A program made the translations under genes and the position numbers. Shown in pieces: positions 11,401-21,655 of a DNA stretch of 64,000 nucleotides (within the stretch, counting starts at the first letter, position 1; the number at the start of each line of letters is the position of its first letter). The DNA comes from Macrostomum lignano (Eukaryota), in assembly GCA_002269645.1 (NCBI GenBank), contig NIVC01000866.1, forward strand, positions 386,441 to 450,440, in the 5' to 3' direction. The notes under the pieces were generated by a model that searched no databases, was not told where the DNA came from, and saw only the letters and a list, made by a program, of their open reading frames with translations.

Positions 11401-14094
11401 TCTGCCGTGTCTTATCTCACCCTGTCTGCCGTGTCTTATCTCACCCTGTCTGCCGTGTCTTATCTAACCCTGTCTGCCGTGTCTTATCTCACCCTGTCTG
11501 CCGTGTCTTATCTCACCCTGTCTGCCGTGTCTTATCTCACCCTGTCTGCCGTGTCTTATCTAACCCTGTCTGCCGTGTCTTATCTCACCCTGTCTGCCGT
11601 GTCTTATCTCTCCCTGTCTGCCGTGTCTTATCTCACCCTGTCTCCCGTAGCTTGGTGTCTTATCTCACCCTGTCTCCCGTAGCTTGGTGTCTTATCTCAC
11701 CCTGTCTGCCGTAGCTTAGTGTCTTATCTCACCCTGTCTCCCGTAGCTTGGTGTCTTATCTCATCCTGTCTATCTCGTGTCTAATCTCACCCTGTGACTG
11801 CCTCTCTCGTGTCTAATCTCACCCTGTCTCTCTCGTGTCTAATCTCACCCAGTCTATTTCGTGTCTTATCTCACCCTGTCTATCTTGTGTCGATCTCCAA
11901 GATGCCATCCAGGCTGCTCATCAAGCATTAGTCAGCTCTGGCCATGCCTTCGCATTTCGTATTAACGAATTGGAAGCCATATTGGCATCCCTAGCTTGAC
12001 TGTAACGATGGCAGCTAGAACAGATTGCAGCTGTAAAGAGATTTCAGTCTGCAAGGGGCTCCTTCACATCGAGTTGAGAGTCTTTTAGTTTTTTTTGCTC
12101 ACACTCGAGTTGGCTGAGTCCTACATGCATGTCTTGTATTATAGCTAACCCGCTGTGTCCATCTTGTGTGCAACTGCTTCTCTCATCTCCCCGATTCTTA
12201 CTTCATTTCAGTCTCTCCTCTTTCCCTCTTCCCCTCTCTTCTTCCCCCGTCTCCCTCTCACCCTGTCTCCCTCTCCCCCTTTCTCTCTCTCATCCCGTCT
12301 CCCCTCTCATCCCCTGTCCCCCTCATCCCCTGTCTCACCTCATCCTCTATCTCCCTCTCACCCTGTCTCCCTCTCACCCTGTCTCCCCCTCATCCCCTGT
12401 CCCCGTCATCCCCTGTCTCACATCATCCTCTGTCTCTCTCTTACCCTGTATCCCTCTCCCCCTGTCCCCCTCATCCCCTGTCCCCCTCATCCCCTGTCTC
12501 CCTCTCCCCCTGTCTCCCTCTCACCCTGTCTCCCTCTCACCCTGTCTCCCTCTCACCCTGTCTCCCTCTCACCCTGTCTCCCCCTCATCCCCTGTCCCCC
12601 TCATCCCCTGTCCCCCTCATCCCCTGTCTCCCTCTCACCCTGTCTCCCTCTTACCCTGTATCCCTCTCACCCTGTCTCTCTCCCCCTGTCTCCCCCTCGT
12701 CCCCCCTCATCCCCTGTCCCTCTCATCCCGTCTCCCCCCATCCCCTGTCTCCCCAATCCCCTGTCTCCCCCCCCCCTGTCTCCTGGCGTGCTGATGAGAT
12801 GGGCCTTGCAGCTCCCTAGCCACTAACGCTAATCCGCTCGACCGCAGGCGCCGCCATCCTGCAAGCCGGCCAGTTCGGGGTGCCGCAGACTCGTCGCCGC
12901 CTCATCATCCTGGCCGCCGCTCCGGGTCGCCAATTCGCCCAATTCCCAATCGCCGTTCACTCGTTCTCGCCCAAAGCCTGCGCCGGCCTCGCCCTGCTAG
13001 TCGGCGATCGCCGATACGAACCACCGACCTCGCCTGCCAGCGGCTGCTTCAGCGGCCCGCTTCGACCAATCACAGTTGGTGACGCGCTGAGCGACCTGCC
13101 GGTGATCGACAGCGGCGGCGCATCCCGACTGGACCAGCCGGCGCCCTACGGGTCGAAGCCGAAGACTCATTATCAGCTGATTATGCGGGCCGGTCGGCTG
13201 GACAATTCAGACAAGCTCACTGATCATGTGACTAAGCAGCTGACTCCGCTGGTTGAAGCGAGGTTGGCCCTGATTCCCACTTGTCCCGGAGCTGACTGGC
13301 GCGACCTGCCCAATGTGGAGGTTTGTATTTGTGCTTAATTCCTGTCTTGATTCTTCTATTAATCAACCTCATAACTGTCTCATAATCGCCTTGATAATTA
13401 CCTAAGAATCCCCCTGATAATTGCTAAGAATCGCCCTGATGCTCACTAAGAATCGCCCTGATGCTCATTGAGAATCGCCCTGATGCTCACTGAGAATCGC
13501 CCTGATGCTCATTGAGAATCGCCCTGATGCTCATTGAGAATCGCCCTGATGCTCATTGAGAATCGCCCTGATGCTCACTGAGAATCGCTCACTGAAGTCC
13601 CAAACCGAGCTCAAACATCGCTCTCCCCATGCCCGCAGATCACTCTCAGCGACGGCTCCCTGGCCCGCCGCCTCCGCTACACGCACGGCGACCGAGGCGT
13701 CTGTCCGTGCGCCATCAAGCCCGGCAAATGCGACAGCCAGGCCAAGCAGCTCAACACGCTGATCCCCTGGTGCCTGCCGCACACCGGCGACCGGCACAAC
13801 CACTGGGCCGGCCTGTATGGCAGGCTGGACGTCGAAGGCTTCTTCTCCACCACAGTGACCAATCCCGAGCCAATGGGCAAGCAGGGCCGAGTGGTGCACC
13901 CAACCCAGAACCGGGTCGTGTCCGTGCGGGAATGCGCCAGATCGCAGGGCTTCCCGGATGCTTACAGATTCGCTGGCGACCTGGTTGCCAGGCATCGTCA
14001 GATTGGCAACGCGGTGCCGCCTCCGCTGGCCAGGGCGCTGGGAGTGCAGCTGGTTCGGGCTCTGGCGGCTGCGGTTCAGGATTCGCCTACTTAG
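1899..14094 (+). CDS. DNMT1: DNA (cytosine-5)-methyltransferase 1, 8 exons, ~1296 aa: join(1899..2473,2977..3544,4002..4416,5600..6141,7284..7661,9098..9581,12848..13320,13639..14094)
   Basis: All introns are GT-AG and phase-consistent (3891 nt in total). RFTS motifs [26 protein letters not shown] and [14 protein letters not shown]; BAH1; BAH2 ([21 protein letters not shown]|IGRIVEIF). MTase motif I DVFSGCGG, catalytic GGPPCQG (Cys codon 9374-9376), [30 protein letters not shown] and [12 protein letters not shown]. Recognised by similarity to vertebrate DNMT1 from memory; no search run. Confidence 0.96.
2505..2935. repeat. ~21-bp minisatellite (CCTCAAATCCCAGATTGG..) in DNMT1 intron 1
   Basis: Visible tandem array. 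Confidence 0.9.
2977..3544 (+). CDS. DNMT1: DNMT1 exon 2 (C-half of RFTS to [17 protein letters not shown])
   Basis: Acceptor CCGCAG at 2971-2976 gives [17 protein letters not shown]; donor CAG|GTCAGG at 3545 (phase 0; exact donor less certain). Confidence 0.85.
3620..3980. repeat. Minisatellite (GTTGCTGGGCCAGCCTCCCAGATCCTCA-like) in DNMT1 intron 2
   Basis: Visible tandem array; explains the read-through ORF 2984-4057. Confidence 0.9.
4002..4416 (+). CDS. DNMT1: DNMT1 exon 3 (BAH1)
   Basis: VEFLGEP...LYYSAVRLG...SIGDFVL...ARITRLY...[16 protein letters not shown]. Acceptor TAG 3999-4001 (in-frame alternative CAG 4026-4028); donor GTGAG at 4417. Not in the ORF track because it lacks a start codon. 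Confidence 0.88.
4500..5575. repeat. 20-bp minisatellite (GTTGATGATTGACAGACCCA) in DNMT1 intron 3
   Basis: ~50 copies in two subtypes (GATACATCCG, then GACAGACCCA). Confidence 0.95.
5600..6141 (+). CDS. DNMT1: DNMT1 exon 4 (end of BAH1, start of BAH2)
   Basis: [44 protein letters not shown]; acceptor TCTCAG ending 5599, donor GTGAG at 6142. Confidence 0.9.
6170..7262. repeat. 18-bp then 36-bp minisatellite in DNMT1 intron 4
   Basis: Translates as TNLLTF and [12 protein letters not shown] repeats. Confidence 0.95.
7284..7661 (+). CDS. DNMT1: DNMT1 exon 5 (BAH2 and linker)
   Basis: IGRIVEIF...KMFYRPED...[10 protein letters not shown]...GPDRFYY; acceptor TTTCAG ending 7283, donor GTAGC at 7662. 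Confidence 0.9.
7670..9055. repeat. 28-31-bp minisatellite (GAGTCAGACCTTATTGTCAGATGATCTATGAT) in DNMT1 intron 5
   Basis: ~45 copies; the variant series at ~7765-8110 recurs at ~8280-8620. Confidence 0.95.
9098..9581 (+). CDS. DNMT1: DNMT1 exon 6 (MTase motifs I, IV, VI)
   Basis: [28 protein letters not shown]; acceptor CCCAG ending 9097, donor GTGAGT at 9582. Confidence 0.95.
9605..11880. repeat. 24-bp and 32-bp minisatellite (TGTCTTATCTCACCCTGTCTGCCG +/- TAGCTTGG) in DNMT1 intron 6
   Basis: A block of 32-bp units (~10110-10760) lies between blocks of 24-bp units. Confidence 0.95.
12215..12780. repeat. Polypyrimidine minisatellite near the 3' end of DNMT1 intron 6
   Basis: CCCTGTCTCCCTCTCA-like units. 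Confidence 0.9.
12848..13320 (+). CDS. DNMT1: DNMT1 exon 7 (motif VIII, start of TRD)
   Basis: [49 protein letters not shown]; donor GTTTGT at 13321. Confidence 0.93.
13395..13595. repeat. 22-bp minisatellite (GAGAATCGCCCTGATGCTCATT) in DNMT1 intron 7
   Basis: ~8-9 copies. Confidence 0.9.
13639..14094 (+). CDS. DNMT1: DNMT1 exon 8 (TRD, motifs IX and X, stop)
   Basis: [62 protein letters not shown]; stop TAG 14092-14094. Confidence 0.95.
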   Translation: MTLSDGSLARRLRYTHGDRGVCPCAIKPGKCDSQAKQLNTLIPWCLPHTGDRHNHWAGLYGRLDVEGFFSTTVTNPEPMGKQGRVVHPTQNRVVSVRECARSQGFPDAYRFAGDLVARHRQIGNAVPPPLARALGVQLVRALAAAVQDSPT

Positions 14095-14191
14095 CCAGTG
14101 CTAGCACGGCTGCTTCGATACATATCGGCTGCTGCTCTGCGCGTCTTTTGGATTTGTCTGTGCTACTGACTCCACTTGCTGTACTGTCCTC

Positions 14192-14930
14192 TTGCTCCTT
14201 ACCCTCCCCTCTTACCCTCCCTCTTACCCTCTTACCCTTCCACCCTCTTACCTCCCTATCATCTTACCCTTTCAACCCTCTCACCCTCTTACCCTCCCAC
14301 CCACTTACCCGGGTAGTGGGTGGGAGGCCTCTATCCGTCTTACCCTCTTACCCTCTATCCGGTCTAACCCTCTTACCCTCTATCCGTCTTACCCTCTTAC
14401 CCTCCCACCCTCTTACCCTCTTAGCCTCACCCTCCCACCCTCTTACCCTCACACCATCTAACCCTCTCACCCTCACCCTCCCACCCTATTACCCTTTTAC
14501 CCTCCCACCCTCTAACCCTCTCACCCTCACCCTCCTACCCTATTACCCTCTTACCCTCCCACCCTCTTACCCTCTCACCCTCTTACCCTCACACCCTCAC
14601 CCTCCTACCCTATTACCCTCTTACCCTCCCACCCTCTCACCCTCTAACCCTCTCACCCTTACCCTCCTACCCTATTACCCTCTTACCCTCCCACCCTCTA
14701 ACCCTCTCACCCTCACCCTCCTACCCTATTACCCTCTTACCCTCCCACCCTCTTACCCTCTCACCCTCTTACCCTCTCACCCTCTTACCCTCTTACCCTC
14801 CCACCCTCTTACCCTCTCACCCTCTTACCCTCTAACCCTCTTACCCTCTCACCCTCTTACCCTCTTACCTTCTCACCCTCTCACCCTCTTACCCTCTTAC
14901 CCTCCCACTCTCTCTCATCCTCTCACTCCT
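14192..14930. repeat. C/T-rich (TACCCTC-type) low-complexity repeat 3' of DNMT1
   Basis: Visible degenerate array. Confidence 0.9.
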
Positions 14931-15669
14931 TACCCTTTCATCCTTCCGTCTTTCTCCTCATCCTCAACTGTAACCCTCCCATCTCATTTTGCCCTCTCTA
15001 ATATGCTTAATCCTCACCTCTCTTCCTCTTCTCTTTCATCCTGCACCCTCGCGTCTCACCCTGCACCTGCCCTCTTCTCTGTTCCTCTCCTATTCAATTC
15101 ATAGGCGTATTTTTTAACTTTAATTCAAGCATGATGATGGCGCATTTTCGTTGCATTTGCAGCAGCCAACTTCCGTTTTTAATTCTCTAGAATGCTCAAA
15201 TAGGTAATTCTCAATTGCATTCAATATTCAGCATTCGCTCAAATAGGTAATTCTCAATTGCATTCAATATTCAGCATTCGCTCTCATTAAGTGCCACTTT
15301 GTTGCACTGACGAGTAACTTCAGTTATTATTTTTGGTATACAGGATTGCACAATGTCATCCAGTTTGCCCTTTATAAATTTATGACAAGAAATCTGCAGT
15401 CAGTTTTAATCATCTGCAATTTTATACTGTTGCTGCATTGATTTTGCAGGACACAAGTTTTACTAATTATGTAATAACTATTCAATGTTAGATATTTATT
15501 GCTCAGCTGTCAATTGTGCGCAGTGTCTGCATTTGCATCTATCATAAAAAATATAACAAAATTGCGTTTATTAACAATGCCAAATTCAAATTTTAAGTAG
15601 CTGAAGCACTTCTGTATCTAGCTGTTTAATTCAATGAATTTAATATCCATTGCAAAATATTTTCGTCTC

Positions 15670-16000
15670 TAGCTATAAATCCCCATAGCAACGCGTCCTC
15701 GTATAGCTGCAAATCCCCATAGCAACGCATTCTCGTATAGCTGCAAATCCCCATAGCAACGCGTCCTCGTATAGCTGCAAATCCCCATAGCAACGCATTC
15801 TCGTATAGCTGCAAATCCCCATAGCAACGCGTCCTCGTATAGCTGCAAATCCCCATAGCAACGCATTCTCGTATCTAGCTACAAATCCCCATACCAACGC
15901 ATCCTCGTATAGCTACAAATCCCCATAGCAACGCATCCTCATGGCTACGAATCCCTATAGCAACGCTTCCTTATATGGCTAAAAATCCCCATAGCAACGC
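15670..16000. repeat. 34-bp minisatellite (AAATCCCCATAGCAACGC..CTCGTATAGCTGC), ~10 copies
   Basis: Alternating GCGTCCTC/GCATTCTC variants give a 68-bp higher-order unit. Confidence 0.92.
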
Positions 16001-16031
16001 CTAATCAAACGCTAATATCTATAACTCGCAG

Positions 16032-18120
16032 ACGACCTTTGACGAGGCCCAGCCGCAGTCGCAGCTGCCCGAGCAGCAGGAGCAGCTCACGCGCCGCCGA
16101 AGCTCAGCCGCGTCCAGCTGCATCTCCGTCCAGCTGCAGCAGCCGCAGCTGGACCAGGACCTGGCCGAGAAGCTCGCCCGCCGTCTGCAACTCTCTGATG
16201 CCGGCAGCGAAGATGCCGCAGCCGTCGGGGCAGTCGCAGCCGACAGCGAAGCCGGAGCCCAGTGTGAGCATCAGTCAGCCGCGAATGCCATCGACGACAT
16301 GTTGAGCGAGCGTCGGGAACGTCAGCGGCTCCTGCTGGCTCGCTGCGGCCCCTGCCTGTGCCCTCAGCTGGCAGCCAAACTTGCCACCAGGCTGGAGAAG
16401 TCCGAGTCCACCGATAGCGACGTGTCCGAGACCTCCTTCAGCTTTATCGCCGCGTCGCCTCAGCAGCAGAAACGAAATCCGCCTCCTCCGGCTTCTTCGA
16501 CACCGCCGCCAGCACCGCCGCCTCCGTCCAATCCTTCAGCTGGCGTCGCCGAACCGCCAGCAGCAGCGGCGCCAGCCGCGGAGCCGCCCGCTGACTTGCC
16601 GGAAAAGCCGCCGCAGCTGGCTGCTACTAGAAGGAAATTCAACCCCAGCCTGGAGTTCCCGAGTTCTCCCATCGCGACATCAATCGCCTCAGAGAAGCCT
16701 TCGTTATGTACGACGCTGATGGGATAATTTCATCGGATTCAACGATCTCAAACTGATGATGGAGAAGCTGGGCGCGCCACAGACTCATCTGGGTTTGAAG
16801 TCGATGATTAAAGAGGTGCGGATTTTGTGCGCGTAACTACCGGTAAATGGTATCGTTCCTGTCTCCCTCTCCCTGTCTCCCTCTCCCTGTCTCCCTCTCC
16901 CTGTCTCCCTCTCCCTGTCTCCCTCTCCCTGTCTCCCTCTCCCTGTCTCCCTCTCCCTGTCTCCCTCTTCTCCCTGTCTCCCTCTCCTCCCTGTCTCCCT
17001 CTCCTCCCTGTCTCACTCTCCTCCCTATCTCTCCTTCTCCTCCCCGTCTCCCTCTCCTCCCTGTCTCCCTCGCGACCCCCGCCTCCCTTTTCTCCCTGGC
17101 TCCCTCTCCCCTGTCTCCCTCTCATCTCTCTCTCGCCCCATCTCTTTTTCACCTCCTTCATGTCTCCCTCTCCTCCCTGTCTCTCCCTATCCTCCCTGTC
17201 TCTCCCTCTCCTCCCTGTCTCTCCCTGTCTCTCCCTCTCCTCCCTGTCTCCCTATCCTTCCTGTCTCCCTCTCCTCCCTGTCTCTCCCTATCCTTCCTGT
17301 CTCTCCCTCTCCTCTATGTCTCTCCCTCTCCTCCCTGTCTCTCCCTATCCTTCCTGTCTTCCTCTCCTCCCTGTCTCTCCCTCTCCTCCCTGTCTCTCCC
17401 TCTCCTCCCTGTCTCTCCCTCTCCTCCCTGTCTCTCCCTCTCCTCCCTGTCTCTCCCTATCCTTCCTGTCTCCCTCTCCTCCCTGTCTCTCCCTCTCCTC
17501 CCTGTCTCTCCCTATCCTTCCTGTCTCTCCCTATCCTCCCTGTCTCCCTCTCCGCCCTGTCTCTCTCCCTCTCCCTGTGTCCCTCTTCTCCCTCTCAATC
17601 CCCCGAATCTCTTTTCCACCTCCTTCCTGTCTCGTTCTTTTTTTCCAAAAATTTATTTCCCAACATTTCATAAAATGTCTTTTTGCAGTTTTGATTAACT
17701 TTAAACCCAATTTAGTTTCCTGATTTTCTTTTTGGACCCATGGCATGCTTTTTATCAACGTGTTTTTAAAAAATAATATCCCTTTGATCGATCGATTGAC
17801 AGGTCGACGAGGATCACGACAGTCGCATCAATTTCCGCGAATTCCTGGCGATATTCCGCAAGGCCAGAGCCGGCCAGCTGGACTACTCTGGCGAGCTCAT
17901 GGCCTGGTACGACTGCTACGTTGAGGTGTCGGAGATCAACGTTGAAGAGGTGGGCGTTATGGAGGCTAAGAACTTCTTCGAGTCCAAGATCGCCATCCAG
18001 TCGGCTGATGGCAAACTGCAGGCCGAGCTGAGGGAGCAGCGGCTGCGGCGGCAGGCCGAGGAGGAGGAGAAGCAAAGAAGCAGAGACAGCTTCCGGAATA
18101 CGAGAGCCATGTTCACGTGA
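16032..18120 (+). CDS. EFHD2: EF-hand domain protein EFHD1/EFHD2 (swiprosin-1) homolog; exons ~16032..16815 (two apparent 1-nt deletions) and 17803..18120; 5' end unresolved
   Basis: DLAEKLARRL and QLAAKLATRL, then RRKFNPSLEF[P]EFSHRDINRLREAFVMYDAD[G]DNFIGFNDLKLMMEKLGAPQTHLGLKSMIKE|VDEDHDSRINFREFLAIFRKA...SEINVEEVGVMEAKNFFESKI. These match swiprosin motifs. The frame shifts at 16659-16660 and 16721-16722. Confidence 0.9.
16857..17600. repeat. Polypyrimidine repeat in the EFHD intron
   Basis: CTCCCTGT/CTCTCC units. Confidence 0.9.
17803..18120 (+). CDS. EFHD2: EFHD last exon (EF-hand 2, ligand-mimic helix, coiled coil)
   Basis: Acceptor GACAG ending 17802; open frame to TGA 18118-18120. Confidence 0.9.
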   Translation, partial: VDEDHDSRINFREFLAIFRKARAGQLDYSGELMAWYDCYVEVSEINVEEVGVMEAKNFFESKIAIQSADGKLQAELREQRLRRQAEEEEKQRSRDSFRNTRAMFT

Positions 18121-18194
18121 CACGAGGGGTGAGCTGTGAGCGTTAATTGCCTTTATTGACTTGGAAAATTGCACATTCTAAACTGATAATTGTC

Positions 18195-19205
18195 TAGTCT
18201 GATTCTAAGAAACTGATATTCGTTTGGTCAGATTCTAAGAAACTGACATTAATTTGGTCAGATTCTAAAAAACTGACATTAATTTGGTCAGATTCTAAGA
18301 AACTGACATTAATTTGGTCAGATTCTAAGAAACTGACATTAATTTGGTCAGATTCTAAAAAACTGACATTAATTTGGTCAGATTCTAAAAAACTGACATT
18401 CATTTAGTCAGATTCTAAGAAACCAACATTAGTGTAGTCGGATTCTAAAAAACTGACATTCATTTAGTCAGATTCTAAGAAACCGACATTCATTTATTCA
18501 GATTCTAAGAAACCGACATTCATTTATTCAGATTCTAAGAAACCAACATTCATTTATTCAGATTCTAAGAAACCGACATTCATTTATTTAGATTTTAAGA
18601 AACCAAAATTTGTCACTTCTAAGATTCTAAGAAACTCATTTAGTCAGATTCTAAGAAACCAACATTACTATATTCGGATTCTAAGAAACTGACATTAATT
18701 TGGTCAGCTTCTAAGAAACTGACATTAATTTGGTCAGATTCTAAGAAACCAACATTAGTATAGTCAGATTCTAAGAAACCAACATTAGTATAGTCAGATT
18801 CTAAGAAACCAAAATTAATTTAGTCAGATTCTAAGAAACTCACATTAATTTGGTCAGATTCTAAGAAACTGACATTACTTTGATCAGATTCTAAGAAACC
18901 AACATAAGTTATAGTCAGATTCTAAGAAACCGACATTCATTTAGTCAACCGACATTAATAAGAAACCGACATTATTATTGTCAGATTCTAAGAAACCAAC
19001 ATTTATCTTGTTGGGTTCTAAGAAACAAACATTTTTTCTATTCTGATTCTAAGAAACCAGCATTTATTAGGTTATGTTCTAAGAAGCTGCAATTTAACTA
19101 GTCGGATTCTTAGAAATCGAATATCTATCTAGTCAGATTTTATGAAATCGTCATTCTTCAGTCATATTCTAAGAAAGCACTCTTCAATGGTTTTAATTCT
19201 AAGAA
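18195..19205. repeat. ~30-bp minisatellite (TCAGATTCTAAGAAACTGACATTAATTTGG)
   Basis: ~30 increasingly degenerate copies 3' of EFHD. Confidence 0.92.
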
Positions 19206-19669
19206 ATGATCTCACTTTTCAGATTTTCAATGTCTTCCCGGGTAAACTGTGGACCTGTCTCAGTATTTGCTATAAGAAGAAACGTTTTTGTAAAAAATGA
19301 AATATTTTTATTAACGCTAATTATGTTTTTTATTTTCTTCTTACCATTGTATGACCGATGTGTGCAGTATTTACTTTTGAATCCTTGAATATGCTTTTTC
19401 ATGTTTTTAAAACACCTGACTGTTTATCAGTATTTTAGCTGCCCGCTGTTCTGTTTATCTAGTCACAGAATGCCGTTTTCTATTTTTTGTTTTCACACAA
19501 TAGTTTCAATATCTGCGTTCTTTGTTTTTCAATTTTCTCACCCCTGTGAGTTACGAGTATTTTTACCTGCTTTCTATTAATAAATATGATTGCAATTGCC
19601 GCTTCATGGAGTTGGTTTTCTGATCAACTGGCGCTAACTTTTAACTTACGGTATTCAAAAGTTCTCCAC

Positions 19670-20415
19670 AAACTTCTGGCCCCAATGTGCACTTGTGCCC
19701 CATAAACTTCTGTCCCCAATGTACACCTGTGCCCCATAAACTTCTGTCCCCAATGTACACCTGTGCCCGATAAACTTCTGCCCCCAATGTACACCTGTGC
19801 CCCATAAACTTCTGTCCCCAATGTACACCTGTGCCCCATAAACTTCTGTCTCCAATGTACACCTATGCCCCATAAACTTCTGTCCCCAATGTACACCTCT
19901 GCCCCATAAACTTCTGTCCCCAATGTACACCTGTGCCTCAAAAACTTCTGCCCCAATGTACACCTGTGCCCGATAAACTTCTGCCCCCAATGTACACCTG
20001 TGCCCGATAAACTTCTGCCCCCAATGTACACCTGTGCCCCATCAACTTCTGCCTCCCCCCCAATGTACACCTGTGCCCCATCAACTTCTGCCCCCCCCAC
20101 CCAATGTACACCTGTGCCCCATCAACTTCTGCCCCCAATGTACACCTGTGCCCCATCAACTTCTGTCCCCAATGTACACCTGTGCCTCAAAAACTTCTGC
20201 CCCAATGTACACCTGTGCCCGATAAACTTCTGCCCCCAATGTACACCTGTGCCCCATCAACTTCTGCCCCCCCCCCAATGTACACCTGTGCCCCATCAAC
20301 TTCTGCCCCCCCACCCAATGTACACCTGTGCCCCATCAACTTCTGCCCCCAATGTACACCTGTGCCCCATCAACTTCTGCCCCCCCCCCACCCAATGTAC
20401 ACCTGTGCCCGATAA
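19670..20415. repeat. ~33-bp minisatellite (CCCCAATGTACACCTGTGCCCCATAAACTTCTG)
   Basis: Visible tandem array. Confidence 0.92.
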
Positions 20416-21164
20416 ACTAGTATTTGTTGTATTGCGTTTTGCATACGTTGTCACAAATAGCAAAATTTATTATTACAGTTGTAATTCATTACTCTTTATA
20501 AAGTTTTTACGCTCAACAATTCAATATTAAGTTCGTCTTCCTTTGAATTCGTCTTCAAAACAAATTTTGTTTCTAGTTTTAGACATCCTAATTATCATTT
20601 TAGTAACGGCAGTTTACAACCACTAGCATATTCGTTTGTTTCTACTCGCGACTCTCGATTTAGTAGTATCACTCGTATATGCGAGCATTTTTGTGGTCAC
20701 GCAAATTTATAGTTTTATCTACTAGTCATCTGTCCCGATTGCATGGCTTGAGTTATTTGTGTTTTTATTACCTGCAAATTTTCAACTAATGATACCTGAT
20801 GACGTTTTATAATACACGAATTTTATGCAAAATTATTATACCTTTTAACTGCACCTTCAATCCACGTTGCTGGGTCCACTTGAAGCGTGGGCAGCTCAAG
20901 CAGAAGATCTTTTTTCGTTTTGGAATTATTTTTTTTAGCTTCAAATTCCTAATGGTTCAACATCTGGACTGTCAAATTCTAAATTAAATGTACATGTATG
21001 TGTTTTATCCAAGCTGCACTGCTAGAGATTCCAGCTGTTCCTGTCTCTGTAGTGCCTTTTCTACTTTGTCTATGGCAAAACCAAGGACTATTGAACTAAA
21101 TGAACTGCCAAACATTCCAGTGCTCCTTGTAATAACATTGAGAGTAATGGGGCTGGCCCTACCC

Positions 21165-21655
21165 TATACATATGTACATAGAGGGGAGTGAGGTTGGGCC
21201 CTACCCTATACACATGTACATTGAGGGGAGTGAGGTTAGGCCCTACCCTATACACATGTACATTGAGGGGAGTGAGGTTGGGCCCTACCCTATACACATG
21301 TACATTGAGGGAAGTGAGGTTGGGCCCTACCTTATACACATGTACATTGAGGGGAGTGAGGTTTTTGCCCTACCCTATACACATGTACATTGAGGGGAGT
21401 GAGGTTGGGCCCTACCCTATACACATGTACATTGAGGGGAGTGAGGTTTTTGCCCTACCCTATACACATGTACATTGAGGGGAGTGAGGTTGGGCCCTAC
21501 CCTATACACATGTACATTGAGGGGAGTGAGGTTGGGCCCTACCCTATACACATGTACATTGAGGGGAGTGAGGTTGGGCCCTACCCTATACACATGTACA
21601 TTGAGGGGAGTGAGGTTGGGCCCTACCCTATACATATGTACATTGAGGGGAGTAA
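21165..21655. repeat. 42-bp minisatellite (GCCCTACCCTATACACATGTACATTGAGGGGAGTGAGGTTGG)
   Basis: ~11-12 copies. Confidence 0.93.

Noticed and set aside
9593-11682. SYLTLSAV-repeat ORFs
   Set aside because: Translation of a stop-free 24-bp intronic repeat.
14192-14930. Telomeric repeat
   Set aside because: Units are TACCCTC/TAACCCTC variants, not (CCCTAA)n.
13629-15104. 491-aa ORF
   Set aside because: Alternative frame of DNMT1 exon 8 running into a C/T-rich repeat.
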